Positions 45,722-55,677 of a stretch of 64,000 nt of DNA are shown piece after piece. Position 1 is the stretch's first letter; each line of letters opens with the position of its first letter. Position numbers and translations under genes: made by a program. The notes beneath the pieces were generated by a model. That model was given only the letters and a program-made list of their open reading frames with translations. It made no database searches and was not told the origin of the DNA. The stretch covers positions 12,465-76,464 of the forward strand of contig CADCEE010000005.1 of assembly GCA_902800355.1 (NCBI GenBank), read 5' to 3'. This stretch comes from an uncultured Erysipelotrichaceae bacterium. GTDB lineage: Bacteria > Bacillota_I > Bacilli_A > RFN20 > CAG-826.

Positions 45722-47217
45722 TACGCTTTATGACCACCGATTTGTTCGTTACGTTCTCTAGTGGTCCCTCCTTCTTCAAAGTCTCTTCCTTTAAGAACTT
45801 TGTTCTTACCGTACTTCTTTTTAATCGTGTTTATTGTTTGCTGCAACTTATTTTCTTCTTCGAGTTTAGCTTTTACTACTTCTTTTTTCTTTTCTAATTC
45901 GTCGTAGTCTACAAATAGATTAAGTTGTTCATAATCTCTTTCAAATTTCTTGATTTCGTTTATCTTAATAACTCTAGTGGCCACGATATACATTCTTCTA
46001 ACATGGAGCTTTTTATTCACTAATTTATCAAACAATCTTACTGACGCTCCTTCTATTAAAGAAGTGGAGTTAGTGAATTGACCAATATTAATAGAAGAGT
46101 GATTACCTTTAGGTATATCTCTACCATACCAATCTTTATCAATGACAATATTGTCTTGAGTTAAGTCTTTAACGTCATAACCAATAGAGATTGCGATTTG
46201 ATCTGTTAATAATCCTTTAGCCACCATATCTAAAGATAAGGATTCTGCCATCTCTTTAATGATAAGTAGGGCTTTACTATATTCATATGGTCCAGGAAGA
46301 ACTTGACCTATTGAAAGTGAATTATTTTCTGGTTCATAAGATTTAATCTTATCCATAGTGACTGGCTCATATCCCCAAGCATGGTCAATTAAAAGTTCAG
46401 CGTTAATTCCAAATTCTTCATATAAAACGTCTTCGTTTATTAATGACTGTCTAGCGATATCACCCATAGTGAATAAACCAAGATTATATAATCTTTTGGT
46501 TAATCCTCTTCCTACTCTCCAGAAATCCGTTAAAGGTAAATGGTCCCATAATAATCTTCGATAAGACATTTCATCTAGAGTCGCAATTCTTACCCCATCT
46601 TCATTTTCTTTAGCGTGTTTAGCCAATATATCCATCGCCACTTTACATAGATATAAGTTATCCCCAACTCCTGCAGTAGCGGTGATACCAGTTTTTTCAT
46701 ATACTTCCTTAACTAACATCGAAGCGATTTGACTAGCACTCTTTTTATAAGTCTTTAAATATTTAGTGACATCGATAAAAACCTCATCAATTGAATAGAC
46801 ATGAATATCTTCACTATCAATATATTTAAGATATATTTTATATATCTCGGTACTCTTTTGAATGTATTTAGCCATTTGTGGAGGAGCGATCACAAAATCT
46901 AATTCTAGCGATGGATTTCTTTTAAGTTGATCATCGTTAAAACTTTTGGCCACAAATTTATGATTAGGGGCCTTTTTAATTCTTTGATAGTTAATCTTTT
47001 TAACTGCTTCTTTAGCCTCAAATAATCGGCATCTTCCTGGTAGACCATACGCTTTTAAAGAAGGAGATACCGCTAGACAAATAGTTTTATCGGTTCTAGT
47101 AGGATCCGCCACCACTAAATGGGTCTTTAAAGGATTAAGATTTCTTTCCATACATTCAACGGATGCATAAAAAGATTTCAAGTCGATAGCGATATATTGC
47201 TTTTTTAATTCTGGCAT
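45721..47217 (-). CDS. Y-family (UmuC/DinB-like) translesion DNA polymerase
   Basis: N-terminal IAIDLKSFYASVEC palm motif, 498 aa, paired with the YolD-like gene. Confidence 0.75.
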   Translation of the reverse strand: MPELKKQYIAIDLKSFYASVECMERNLNPLKTHLVVADPTRTDKTICLAVSPSLKAYGLPGRCRLFEAKEAVKKINYQRIKKAPNHKFVAKSFNDDQLKRNPSLELDFVIAPPQMAKYIQKSTEIYKIYLKYIDSEDIHVYSIDEVFIDVTKYLKTYKKSASQIASMLVKEVYEKTGITATAGVGDNLYLCKVAMDILAKHAKENEDGVRIATLDEMSYRRLLWDHLPLTDFWRVGRGLTKRLYNLGLFTMGDIARQSLINEDVLYEEFGINAELLIDHAWGYEPVTMDKIKSYEPENNSLSIGQVLPGPYEYSKALLIIKEMAESLSLDMVAKGLLTDQIAISIGYDVKDLTQDNIVIDKDWYGRDIPKGNHSSINIGQFTNSTSLIEGASVRLFDKLVNKKLHVRRMYIVATRVIKINEIKKFERDYEQLNLFVDYDELEKKKEVVKAKLEEENKLQQTINTIKKKYGKNKVLKGRDFEEGGTTRERNEQIGGHKA

Positions 47218-47276
47218 ATATTAATTGTATAAAAAAATCTACTCCCTAAGAAGTAGATTTTATTGTTTTTTAAATA

Positions 47277-48284
47277 CTATTTAAATGTTCCTTCTGGATA
47301 GCAGCGGTGCATCGTCTTTTCAATTGCCTCTTTTAATCCGCCTCTAGTGATATGAAGTTCTTCGGCAACTTTATCCATGACTTCAGGTTCAATGCAGCAT
47401 TTATTTCCAGACATAATTTCTTTCATTACAAGTTTGAAGTTAAGTCCTGGCTCTAAGCCTTTCTTCATTTCTTTTTTTGCTACCATCTTGCCACCCCAAG
47501 CGCATAAAGTCTTACCTGGGTGAATAATCTTTCTTGGTTTCTTTAAGACTGCCCCAGTCATAGTGCTTAACATGAAATCAAATGATTTATTCTCGTCCCC
47601 TACTGGATACCTTTCTCCGTCTTTTCCGTATTCAATCGCTCCAATAGCGGCTTCGGCGATATGTTCAACAGCAATCATTGAAGTGCTTCCCTTTGGGAAG
47701 AAAATGAATTTATGACCGTTAACGTATCTATCTAAGAAGACATCTCTCCAAATAGGCATTCTTTCTGGCATGGTACCAAAGATATATGGGAATTCTAGTA
47801 TCACAACTTCCATATTTTTCTTTTGTTCATTTAATAATTTAGCTTGTTCGACACGACATCTAACATATGGGTGTTTTTCTGCTAATTTCATTTCTGGATA
47901 TCTTCTATCAAAATAAGCGAAGTAGGAGTTAAAGCAGGCTGCCTTTTTAATACCGGCTTTTTCTGCTGCTCTAAAACATTTAGCGCATTCAACTACTAAT
48001 CTTCTATGAAAATATTCATAGGCAGGAGCTTTAGGGGTTTCTCTATCATCTGGTCCTACCGAATAAATCATATAGTCATAACCTTTAAACATTTTGGTTA
48101 ATGTTTCTTCGTCTGTTTCAAATAAATCAGTGAATCTCACATCAACTTCTTTAGGATACCAACCTTCTAAATTGACATCATCTAAAGAGATTGAGCCAAC
48201 TTTATATCCTTTCTTTAACGCTAACATGGTGGTGTAGTAACCTAAAAAACCAGTCCCACCCAAAATCAATAATTTCTTACTCAT
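47277..48284 (-). CDS. NAD(P)-binding epimerase/dehydratase-family (SDR-like) protein
   Basis: LLILGGTGFLGYYTT Rossmann motif; 335 aa. Confidence 0.55.
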   Translation of the reverse strand: MSKKLLILGGTGFLGYYTTMLALKKGYKVGSISLDDVNLEGWYPKEVDVRFTDLFETDEETLTKMFKGYDYMIYSVGPDDRETPKAPAYEYFHRRLVVECAKCFRAAEKAGIKKAACFNSYFAYFDRRYPEMKLAEKHPYVRCRVEQAKLLNEQKKNMEVVILEFPYIFGTMPERMPIWRDVFLDRYVNGHKFIFFPKGSTSMIAVEHIAEAAIGAIEYGKDGERYPVGDENKSFDFMLSTMTGAVLKKPRKIIHPGKTLCAWGGKMVAKKEMKKGLEPGLNFKLVMKEIMSGNKCCIEPEVMDKVAEELHITRGGLKEAIEKTMHRCYPEGTFK

Positions 48285-48372
48285 AGTTATATCCTCGTTG
48301 AAATAATTATTACATTATTTAATGAATGATAAAACTGTAAAATAGTTTGTATAGATATTATCTAAATAAAAT

Positions 48373-48401
48373 AAAACCACTGATTATATTCAGCGGTTTT
48401 T
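48373..48401. terminator. Terminator-like hairpin (bidirectional)
   Basis: AAACCACTGA-...-TCAGCGGTTT (one mismatch) followed by T-run. Confidence 0.45.
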
Positions 48402-48409
48402 GTCCTTAA

Positions 48410-48500
48410 TGGCGGAGTAGGAGAGACTCGAACTCTCGCACCAGTTGCCCGATCTACTTCCTTAGCAGGGAAGCCCCTTCACCAACTTGGGTACTACTCC
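48410..48500 (-). tRNA. tRNA-Ser (anticodon GCT)
   Basis: Reverse complement GGAGTAGTACCCAAGTTGGTGAAGGGGCTTCCCTGCTAAGGAAG...GAGTTCGAGTCTCTCCTACTCCGCCA. Confidence 0.8.
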
Positions 48501-48596
48501 AGTTCTTGTGAACGCTAGATATCATAACACAATTAAATGTATTTATTAAATAATTATTTATTTTTTGCTTTTTTGATGAATTTTTTTCCTTTATCG

Positions 48597-48645
48597 GCAA
48601 ATAATTTGCATATATGTTGCAAGTTGCCGTTAAATTGAATATAGT
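48597..48645 (+). promoter_or_regulatory. adhE promoter region with palindromic operator-like sites
   Basis: Perfect palindrome GCAAAT-A-ATTTGC (48597-48609) nested in CGGCAA-N23-TTGCCG. Candidate -35 TTGCAA (48617-48622) and -10 TATAGT (48640-48645), 17-nt spacing. Confidence 0.4.
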
Positions 48646-48665
48646 TATAGCTGAGGTACATAAAT

Positions 48666-51431
48666 ATGAAATATATGTCTGTAGCCGAAACCGCAAAAAA
48701 ATGGAAACTTTCTGAAAGAAGTGTACGTAATTATTGCGCTGAAGGCAAAGTTGAAGGTGCTTTTTTAACTGGTAAGACTTGGAATATCCCAAGCGATGCG
48801 AAAAAACCAGCTAATAGTGCTAAAAAAGAGGAGATTATCTCTCCAGAAGAAGAAGTTAATGAATTAGTGGCTAAGGCTCAAGTGGCTTTAAAAGAATTCT
48901 CTAACTTTACTCAAGATCAAATTGATTATATTGTCGCGAAGATGTCTGTATCTGGTTTAGACCATCATGGCACACTTGCTCAAGCGGCAATTGAAGAAAC
49001 TAAAAGAGGTGTTTTTGAAGATAAGGCCACTAAGAACTTATTCGCCTGCGAATATGTTGTTAATAATATGCGGCATTTAAAGACTGTTGGTGTTATCTCT
49101 GAAGATCCAGTTACTGGAATTACAGAAATCGCTGAACCAATCGGTGTTATTTGCGGTATTACCCCGGTAACTAATCCAACTAGTACAGTTATCTTTAAAT
49201 CTTTAATTTGTATTAAAACCAGAAACCCTATTATTTTCGCATTCCATCCAAGCGCTCAACAATGTTCTAAACAAGCAGCGATTGTAATGCGTGACGCTGC
49301 TGTTGCAGCAGGCGCACCTGAAAACTGCATTCAATGGATTGAACATCCAAGTATGGAAGCAACTTCTTTATTAATGAACCACCCAGGAGTCGCTACTATT
49401 TTAGCTACTGGTGGTAACGCCATGGTTAAGGCAGCTTATAGCTGCGGTAAACCTGCTATGGGTGTTGGCGCAGGTAATGTTCCTGCTTATATGCATAAAT
49501 CTTGTAATGTCGAACAAGCAGTTAACGATATCGTTTTATCTAAGTCTTTTGATAACGGTATGATTTGTGCGTCTGAACAAGCGGTTATTATTGATAAAGA
49601 AATCTATGATGAAGCAATTAACTTATTCAAGAGATTTAAAGTTTACTTTGTAAACGAAGAAGAAAAGAAGAAATTATCCCGCTATATGTTTGGCTTTGCT
49701 GCTGGAGATGAAGGTGTTGAAGGAGCTAAATTAAATCCTGATATCGTTGGTAAACCAGCTTACTGGATTGCTGAACAAGCTGGTATTAAAATTCCTAAAG
49801 ATACTTCTGTAATTGGAGTATTTTGTAAAGAAGTCGGTCCTAAAGAACCAATTAGTAGAGAAAAGTTGTCTCCAGTATTAGCATTCTTTAAATCTAATAG
49901 TGAAAACGAAGGTATTGAAAAGTCTGCACAAATGGTGGCATTTAATGGCTTAGGTCATAGTGCGACTATCCACTGTGCTGAACAAGCCCTTGCCGATAAA
50001 TTTGGCGATAAAGTTTTAGCCATGAGAATTATATGGAACTCTCCATCCACCTTTGGTGGCATTGGTAATGTCTATAACTCATTCCTTCCATCTTTAACTC
50101 TTGGTTGTGGAAGCTATGGTAAAAACTCTATCGGAGGTAATGTCTCCGCAGTTAATTTAATCAACGTCAAGAAAGTTGGTAAAAGGAGAAACACTGTGCA
50201 ATGGTTTAAAGTCCCTCGCAAAATTTATTTTGAGAGAAATTCAATTCAATATTTAAAATCTTGTAAAGACATGGAAAAAGTCTTTATCGTTACTGATACC
50301 TCGATGGTGGAATTTGGATTCTTTAAAAAGATTACCGAACAAATTAACGGTAGACGTAACAAAGTTACAATGCAGTTATTCTGTGATGTCGAACCAGATC
50401 CAGATATCGAGACAGTTCGTAAGGGAACTGAGCAAATGAAGATCTTCCAACCAGACACCATTATCGCTTTAGGTGGTGGTTCGGTTATGGATGCTGCAAA
50501 AGGTATGTGGTTATTCTATGAACATCCAGAAGTGAACTTTGACGACTTAAAACAAAAGTTCATGGACATTCGTAAAAGAGCCTTCAAATATCCAGAATTA
50601 GGTAATAGAAGTAGACTCATTTGTATTCCTACTACTTCCGGAACCGGTAGTGAAGTTACCCCATTTGCGGTTATTTCCGATAAGAAGAATAATAAGAAAT
50701 ATCCTTTAACTGACTATTCTTTAACTCCAACTATCGCTATTGTTGACCCAGAATTTACTACTAACTTACCTCCTAGACCAACTGCAATGACTGGTATGGA
50801 CGTTCTTACTCATGCTATTGAAGCATATGTTAGCGTGATGGCAAGTGATTATACGGACGGCTTAGCTTTAAAGGCTATTCAATTAGTCTTTGAATATTTA
50901 CCACGTTGTGTCAAAGACGGTCAACACGACTTAGAAGCTAGAGAAAAAATGCATAACGCGGCCACTATTGCGGGTATGGCATTTGCTAATGCTTTCCTAG
51001 GTATGACCCACTCTATGGCTCATAAAGTTGGAGCAGAATTCCATACAGTACATGGCTTAGCTTGTTCTATCTTATTACCACACGTTATTAGATATAATGG
51101 ACAAGTACCAACCAAACTTAGTGTCTGGCCAAAATATAACCATTATTGTGCTGATAAGAAATATCAAGAAATCGCTAAACTCCTTGGCTTAAAAGCCTCT
51201 ACCCCAGAAGAAGGAGTGGAATCTTTAGCCTCAGCTTGTGAAAAATTAGCAAAAGAAATTGGTTTAGCCACTTGCTTTAAAGATACTGGCATTGAAAAAG
51301 AAGCATTCTATTCTCACTTAGATCGAATTGCTGTTCTTGCTTATGAAGATCAATGCTCTCCATGTAATCCAAGAGTTCCACTTGTAGAAGACATGAAAGT
51401 TATCTTAAAAGAAGCTTACGAAGGAAAATAA
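48666..51431 (+). CDS. adhE: Bifunctional aldehyde/alcohol dehydrogenase AdhE with an extra N-terminal excisionase-type HTH domain
   Basis: From ~residue 60 it aligns with canonical AdhE (EEVNELVAKAQVALKEFSNFTQDQ..., AEPIGVICGITPVTNPTST, Fe-ADH half with GGGSVMDAAK). Residues 1-58 (MSVAETAKKWKLSERSVRNYCAEGKVEGAFLTGKTWNIP) look like an HTH_17/MerR-type DNA-binding domain. No in-frame ATG exists between the HTH and the AdhE body. Confidence 0.8.
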   Translation: MKYMSVAETAKKWKLSERSVRNYCAEGKVEGAFLTGKTWNIPSDAKKPANSAKKEEIISPEEEVNELVAKAQVALKEFSNFTQDQIDYIVAKMSVSGLDHHGTLAQAAIEETKRGVFEDKATKNLFACEYVVNNMRHLKTVGVISEDPVTGITEIAEPIGVICGITPVTNPTSTVIFKSLICIKTRNPIIFAFHPSAQQCSKQAAIVMRDAAVAAGAPENCIQWIEHPSMEATSLLMNHPGVATILATGGNAMVKAAYSCGKPAMGVGAGNVPAYMHKSCNVEQAVNDIVLSKSFDNGMICASEQAVIIDKEIYDEAINLFKRFKVYFVNEEEKKKLSRYMFGFAAGDEGVEGAKLNPDIVGKPAYWIAEQAGIKIPKDTSVIGVFCKEVGPKEPISREKLSPVLAFFKSNSENEGIEKSAQMVAFNGLGHSATIHCAEQALADKFGDKVLAMRIIWNSPSTFGGIGNVYNSFLPSLTLGCGSYGKNSIGGNVSAVNLINVKKVGKRRNTVQWFKVPRKIYFERNSIQYLKSCKDMEKVFIVTDTSMVEFGFFKKITEQINGRRNKVTMQLFCDVEPDPDIETVRKGTEQMKIFQPDTIIALGGGSVMDAAKGMWLFYEHPEVNFDDLKQKFMDIRKRAFKYPELGNRSRLICIPTTSGTGSEVTPFAVISDKKNNKKYPLTDYSLTPTIAIVDPEFTTNLPPRPTAMTGMDVLTHAIEAYVSVMASDYTDGLALKAIQLVFEYLPRCVKDGQHDLEAREKMHNAATIAGMAFANAFLGMTHSMAHKVGAEFHTVHGLACSILLPHVIRYNGQVPTKLSVWPKYNHYCADKKYQEIAKLLGLKASTPEEGVESLASACEKLAKEIGLATCFKDTGIEKEAFYSHLDRIAVLAYEDQCSPCNPRVPLVEDMKVILKEAYEGK

Positions 51432-51487
51432 TTAATCTAAATCCCCTTAGACTTTAAATCTAAAGGGATTTTCTTTATAATTAGGCT

Positions 51488-52762
51488 ATGAAAACTTTAT
51501 TAAAAAACGCAAAAATTTTATCAATGAAAGATGACCAAATTAGAGAAGGTCATGTGGTTATTAGCGATAACCGTATTAGTGAAGTCGGACCTCAAGTAGA
51601 TGTTAACGCCAAATACGATAAGGTAATTGACTGTGAAGGCAATTTATTAATGCCAGGATTTAAAAATGCTCACACACATAGTGCGATGACATTTTTACGT
51701 AGTAAAGCTGATGATTCAGCCTTACATGATTGGCTATTTAAAGAAATATTTCCTCGAGAAGCTAATTTACATTCTGGATGTGTTTATGAACTCGCTAAAG
51801 TAGCTTTACTTGAATATTTGACAAGCGGCATTACTGGAGTAGTTGACCAATACTTCTTCCCTGAGGAATTTGAAAGGGCATGTAAAGAATATGGCTTTAG
51901 AGCGGTCAATCTTATCATGTATGACCCAGATAGTAGAAATAAAGAGACCTGTTTAAAATTAATTAAATGTAACGAAGACAAAGATAGTCTAGTGAAGGCT
52001 GTTATTGGTTTACATAGCGAATACACTCCAACAGATGAGATGTTTAAAACCACTAAAGAGATATTAGACGAGACTAAACTTCCTTTCTATACTCACTTAA
52101 GTGAGACTTATCAAGAAGTGGAAGGCTGCTTATCTAGACGTGGAATTCGTCCAATGAAATTCTTTGATGACTTACATTTCTTTGATCGTGGTGGAGCGAT
52201 ATTCCACGGTGTATATTTAGATGATAATGATATAAATATCATTAAAAAGAGAAATATTATTGTTGTTTCTAATCCTGCTAGTAATATGAAACTCGCTAGT
52301 GGAGTCGCAGAAATTAAAAAGCTTCTTTCTAAAGGAGTGACTGTAGCCTTAGGCACTGATGGACCAGCTAGTAATAACGCTTTGGATATGTTTAGAGAAA
52401 TGTATTTAGTAACTGGTTTACAAAAGTTAGTTCTTAAAGATCCTATTTCTATTCCGGCTTTTGAGGTTTTAAAAATGGCAACCATTAACGGGGCAAAAGC
52501 CATGAATCTAAGTGACGGAGATACTCTAGAAGTTGGTAAACTTGCCGATATCATCATGATTGATTTATCTAGACCAAGTATGCAACCAATTAACAATATT
52601 GTTAATAATCTAGTTTACGCTGGAGAAAAAGATGTCGTAAAGATGACAATGATTAACGGCAAAGTTTTATATTATGATAGAGAATTCTTTGTGGGTGAAG
52701 ATATTAAAGAACTCTATAAGAGAGTACAAAAAATGACTGAATATTTATCAGTCATCAAGTAA
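51488..52762 (+). CDS. mtaD: Amidohydrolase-family deaminase (5'-methylthioadenosine/S-adenosylhomocysteine deaminase-like)
   Basis: Metal-binding HTHSAM (HxH) near the N-terminus, later HLSE and TDGPASNN motifs; 424 aa. Confidence 0.6.
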   Translation: MKTLLKNAKILSMKDDQIREGHVVISDNRISEVGPQVDVNAKYDKVIDCEGNLLMPGFKNAHTHSAMTFLRSKADDSALHDWLFKEIFPREANLHSGCVYELAKVALLEYLTSGITGVVDQYFFPEEFERACKEYGFRAVNLIMYDPDSRNKETCLKLIKCNEDKDSLVKAVIGLHSEYTPTDEMFKTTKEILDETKLPFYTHLSETYQEVEGCLSRRGIRPMKFFDDLHFFDRGGAIFHGVYLDDNDINIIKKRNIIVVSNPASNMKLASGVAEIKKLLSKGVTVALGTDGPASNNALDMFREMYLVTGLQKLVLKDPISIPAFEVLKMATINGAKAMNLSDGDTLEVGKLADIIMIDLSRPSMQPINNIVNNLVYAGEKDVVKMTMINGKVLYYDREFFVGEDIKELYKRVQKMTEYLSVIK

Positions 52763-53836
52763 TAGTTCAATTAAAGAATTATCGCTTAGTAAATTATTTA
52801 ATTGGGCCTTGTTAATTATGACAAGGTCTTTTGTTTTCTTATAGTAGACATTGATAATGTGATCTTCATAATTACTTTCTTTAGTGTAGTCATGTTTTTG
52901 ATTATCTAAACTTTCTTCAATTAAAGTCATCATTAGTCTTCTTAAATATAAATAGAATGATGATTCTAACCAGTATAAATAAGTAGTGGACTTAGAATAT
53001 TTTTCACTCTTTTTGAATTTGAGGAATAACTCTAATCCGTCTTCTGGGGAATGCCATAAATCAATAAATGCATAATCGCTTTTTAAATCAGTTTTTAGAT
53101 ATTTAAGCGCATCATCTTGAACTATTTCTATCTTCTCTTTATTTAGAAAATAATCTAATAGATTATCTTTAAATAATTTAATGATGTTAGGGTCGTTTTC
53201 TATAACTTTAACGTGGCTAACTTCTTCTTTATTTGAGACCATAAACGGGAGATAGCCTAAGCCTAGTCCGAAAACAATAACATCACCCTTAATTTCTTTA
53301 ATAGATTTTTCCATTGTTTCGATTTCATTAGGAGTAATATTCATCCATGTTACTCCTTGATAGTTAAGAGCTAAAAAATTGAACTTCTCTTTAAAATAAC
53401 CTAAGGAGTTTATTTCTATATAGTCTTTACTAGACATATCTTTATAGGCGAATAATTCATATGGTTCGTAGTGGTCCCACACTAGTTCATATTTACCTAA
53501 CTTAATGGTCTTAGGTTTTATTAATTTATAGTAGGCATTATTTAAATATTTAGATATATCTAATTCGTTAATTGCCTTAGCGATATATTTATTAAAGATT
53601 TCTTCATTATCTTCAATTGATAAATCAATATCTAAATAATCACTGATTTTAGATAGAAATACTTCATGCGTGTCACTTTTAAATTTATTGCTTAAAAGAT
53701 TAATCTCTTTTTTATTAGTGATTTCTAAATTAGCAAAGATGCTACCTAATAAATCTGAGATAGAAAGATTAAGTTCATGTTTATCAATTAATTCATTTAA
53801 GTAACTTTTTAATTCTGGGTTATCTACAAATTTCAT
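52748..53836 (-). CDS. Protein with C-terminal spermidine-synthase-like (PABS/class I MTase) fold and uncharacterised N-terminal domain
   Basis: VIVFGLGLGYLPFMV...VKVIENDPNII...IEIVQDDALKYLK...DYAFIDLWHSPEDG matches the PABS GGGDGG / D-x-D fold pattern; N-terminal ~150 aa unassigned. Confidence 0.4.
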   Translation of the reverse strand: MKFVDNPELKSYLNELIDKHELNLSISDLLGSIFANLEITNKKEINLLSNKFKSDTHEVFLSKISDYLDIDLSIEDNEEIFNKYIAKAINELDISKYLNNAYYKLIKPKTIKLGKYELVWDHYEPYELFAYKDMSSKDYIEINSLGYFKEKFNFLALNYQGVTWMNITPNEIETMEKSIKEIKGDVIVFGLGLGYLPFMVSNKEEVSHVKVIENDPNIIKLFKDNLLDYFLNKEKIEIVQDDALKYLKTDLKSDYAFIDLWHSPEDGLELFLKFKKSEKYSKSTTYLYWLESSFYLYLRRLMMTLIEESLDNQKHDYTKESNYEDHIINVYYKKTKDLVIINKAQLNNLLSDNSLIELLLDD

Positions 53837-53894
53837 ATTAACATTCTATATTTTTATTTCCATTTTTCAAAATTATTGTATAATTTTAGCAATT

Positions 53895-54944
53895 ATGGCT
53901 ACAAGAAAAGGTTTATGTCCATATTGTGTAACTCATAGAGTGGAACGTCGTATCTTCCCGGTTAATCCAGAAGCATCGACTTGTTTTTGCCCAATTTGTA
54001 TGAAAGAAGTGGAGCCAAAAGTCGCAATTGAAGGCTACGCGGAATTAATTTCTAAGATGCTTTTAAAGGCTGATAACACTTTATTTGTTACTTGTGACCC
54101 AGTTCTTGCTTATAGTCAATACGCTTCTGTTATTGAACTTGAACCAAAAGAGGCTCACGCTTTGTTAGGGAGAATCCTTTGCCTTATCTATATGAGCAAA
54201 GTCCGTAAGTCCTATTTAGCGGAAGCTTATACATTACTTGAAAACACTCCTTATGAAGGATGTGATATTGATGACTTTATCTTCTTCTTAAAGAAAATTA
54301 ATTTTGCTTTGGACGAATATGAATTCGCGGTCAAAATGAAATTAACGTTTAGATCATATTTTTATGATGTTGAATGTTTAAAACTATATTGGGTACATCT
54401 ACGTGACACGATTAAAATGAAAGAATTAATTCTTTCAATAATTAAAAACATTAAAAAAGACCATCACTCAAGTCAAGTTGAAGTTATGGATAATATGCTT
54501 GAACATAATATCGGTGAGAAAAAGAATGAACTCCGCACTGACGCTTATACATGTGATGGTACTCCTTATCGCTATGTTAAAACTTATAATGAAAAAGCGG
54601 TCATTGATGTTTCCACTAAAAAAAGAATCAATACTCACTTAAATAGATTCCGTTTATCAAGTTTAAATATTGATGATAAGCATAAACGTTATATCAAAGA
54701 CCAAGTCTTTAAGGATTACACAAAAGTGGTTCAATCTCAAAAAGTGGCTTTTGTGTTCTCAATTATCTTTTATATCTTAACAGCGGGAGGAGTTGCTTCT
54801 ACTGTGATCTTTAAAGATGACCCTATTTTCTTTTATTCATTATTAGGTGGAAGCGCATTGTTATTTATTGTCGCTACTATATTATTTATCTTAAGTATTT
54901 CTTGGAGAGTGACTTTAAAGAAAAGAAGACTACGTATCGATTAA
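53895..54944 (+). CDS. Zinc-ribbon + helical repeat + C-terminal 2-TM protein (hypothetical)
   Basis: CPYC-x17-CPIC at the N-terminus; two TM helices at the C-terminus. Confidence 0.35.
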   Translation: MATRKGLCPYCVTHRVERRIFPVNPEASTCFCPICMKEVEPKVAIEGYAELISKMLLKADNTLFVTCDPVLAYSQYASVIELEPKEAHALLGRILCLIYMSKVRKSYLAEAYTLLENTPYEGCDIDDFIFFLKKINFALDEYEFAVKMKLTFRSYFYDVECLKLYWVHLRDTIKMKELILSIIKNIKKDHHSSQVEVMDNMLEHNIGEKKNELRTDAYTCDGTPYRYVKTYNEKAVIDVSTKKRINTHLNRFRLSSLNIDDKHKRYIKDQVFKDYTKVVQSQKVAFVFSIIFYILTAGGVASTVIFKDDPIFFYSLLGGSALLFIVATILFILSISWRVTLKKRRLRID

Positions 54945-55540
54945 GACGCGTAGCCATTTATCTTTAGATAAGTTAATAATTTTTTTAGAGCTTTACCGCG
55001 GTGAGAAACCCGGTTTTTTTCTTCTTCACTTAACGAGGCGTAACTCTTATTAAGTTCATCGCAGATAAATACTGGATCATATCCAAAGCCAGTAGTGCCG
55101 TCCGGTTCATGACCAATTCTACCTGGGACGATGCCTTCAAATAATAAAGGTTTATCTTCAACATTTACTAAAACGATGTCGCACATAAATCTAGCAGAGC
55201 GGTCTAATCCTTCTAATTCTTTATCTAAGACTTTAAAAGCCTCTAAATGACCTCCACATTCTTTGGCAAATCTAGCGGAGTGTAGTCCTGGTTTATTATT
55301 TAAGGCTAAAATTTCTAAGCCTGAATCATCAGCAATAATAGGCATTTTAGTAACTTGTTGTAGAGCCTTAGCTTTGATTAAAGCGTTTTCGTAATATGTT
55401 TTACCGTCTTCTACTACCTCCCCAATATTAATATTAAGGTCTTTCATCCCATACACTGTTATATGATGTGGAGATAATATTTGTCTAATTTCTTTTAGTT
55501 TATGGTCGTTATTAGTGGCCACGAGTAGTTCAAAGTTCAT
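54941..55540 (-). CDS. rdgB: Non-canonical purine NTP pyrophosphatase (RdgB/HAM1)
   Basis: LVATNNDHKLKEIRQIL N-terminal signature, FGYDPVF motif; 199 aa. Confidence 0.75.
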   Translation of the reverse strand: MNFELLVATNNDHKLKEIRQILSPHHITVYGMKDLNINIGEVVEDGKTYYENALIKAKALQQVTKMPIIADDSGLEILALNNKPGLHSARFAKECGGHLEAFKVLDKELEGLDRSARFMCDIVLVNVEDKPLLFEGIVPGRIGHEPDGTTGFGYDPVFICDELNKSYASLSEEEKNRVSHRGKALKKLLTYLKINGYAS

Positions 55541-55634
55541 ATATTTATATTTATATAAGGATAATAAGAATGCAACAATTTTAAAAAAATTAGCACTCTA
55601 TATTGACGAGTGCCAAAAATGAGTTATAATATAC

Positions 55635-55661
55635 TTAGCACTTGAGGATTGAGAGTGCTAA
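55635..55661 (+). promoter_or_regulatory. CIRCE (HrcA operator) upstream of clpB
   Basis: TTAGCACTT-GAGGATTGA-GAGTGCTAA versus consensus TTAGCACTC-N9-GAGTGCTAA (17/18 arm positions), 17 nt upstream of the clpB ATG. Confidence 0.75.
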
Positions 55662-55677
55662 AAGGAGGTCACAAATT

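Noticed and set aside
48666-48840. Treating the AdhE N-terminal HTH as a separate small gene
   Set aside because: No stop codon separates it from the AdhE body, so it is reported as a fusion / possible mis-start instead.
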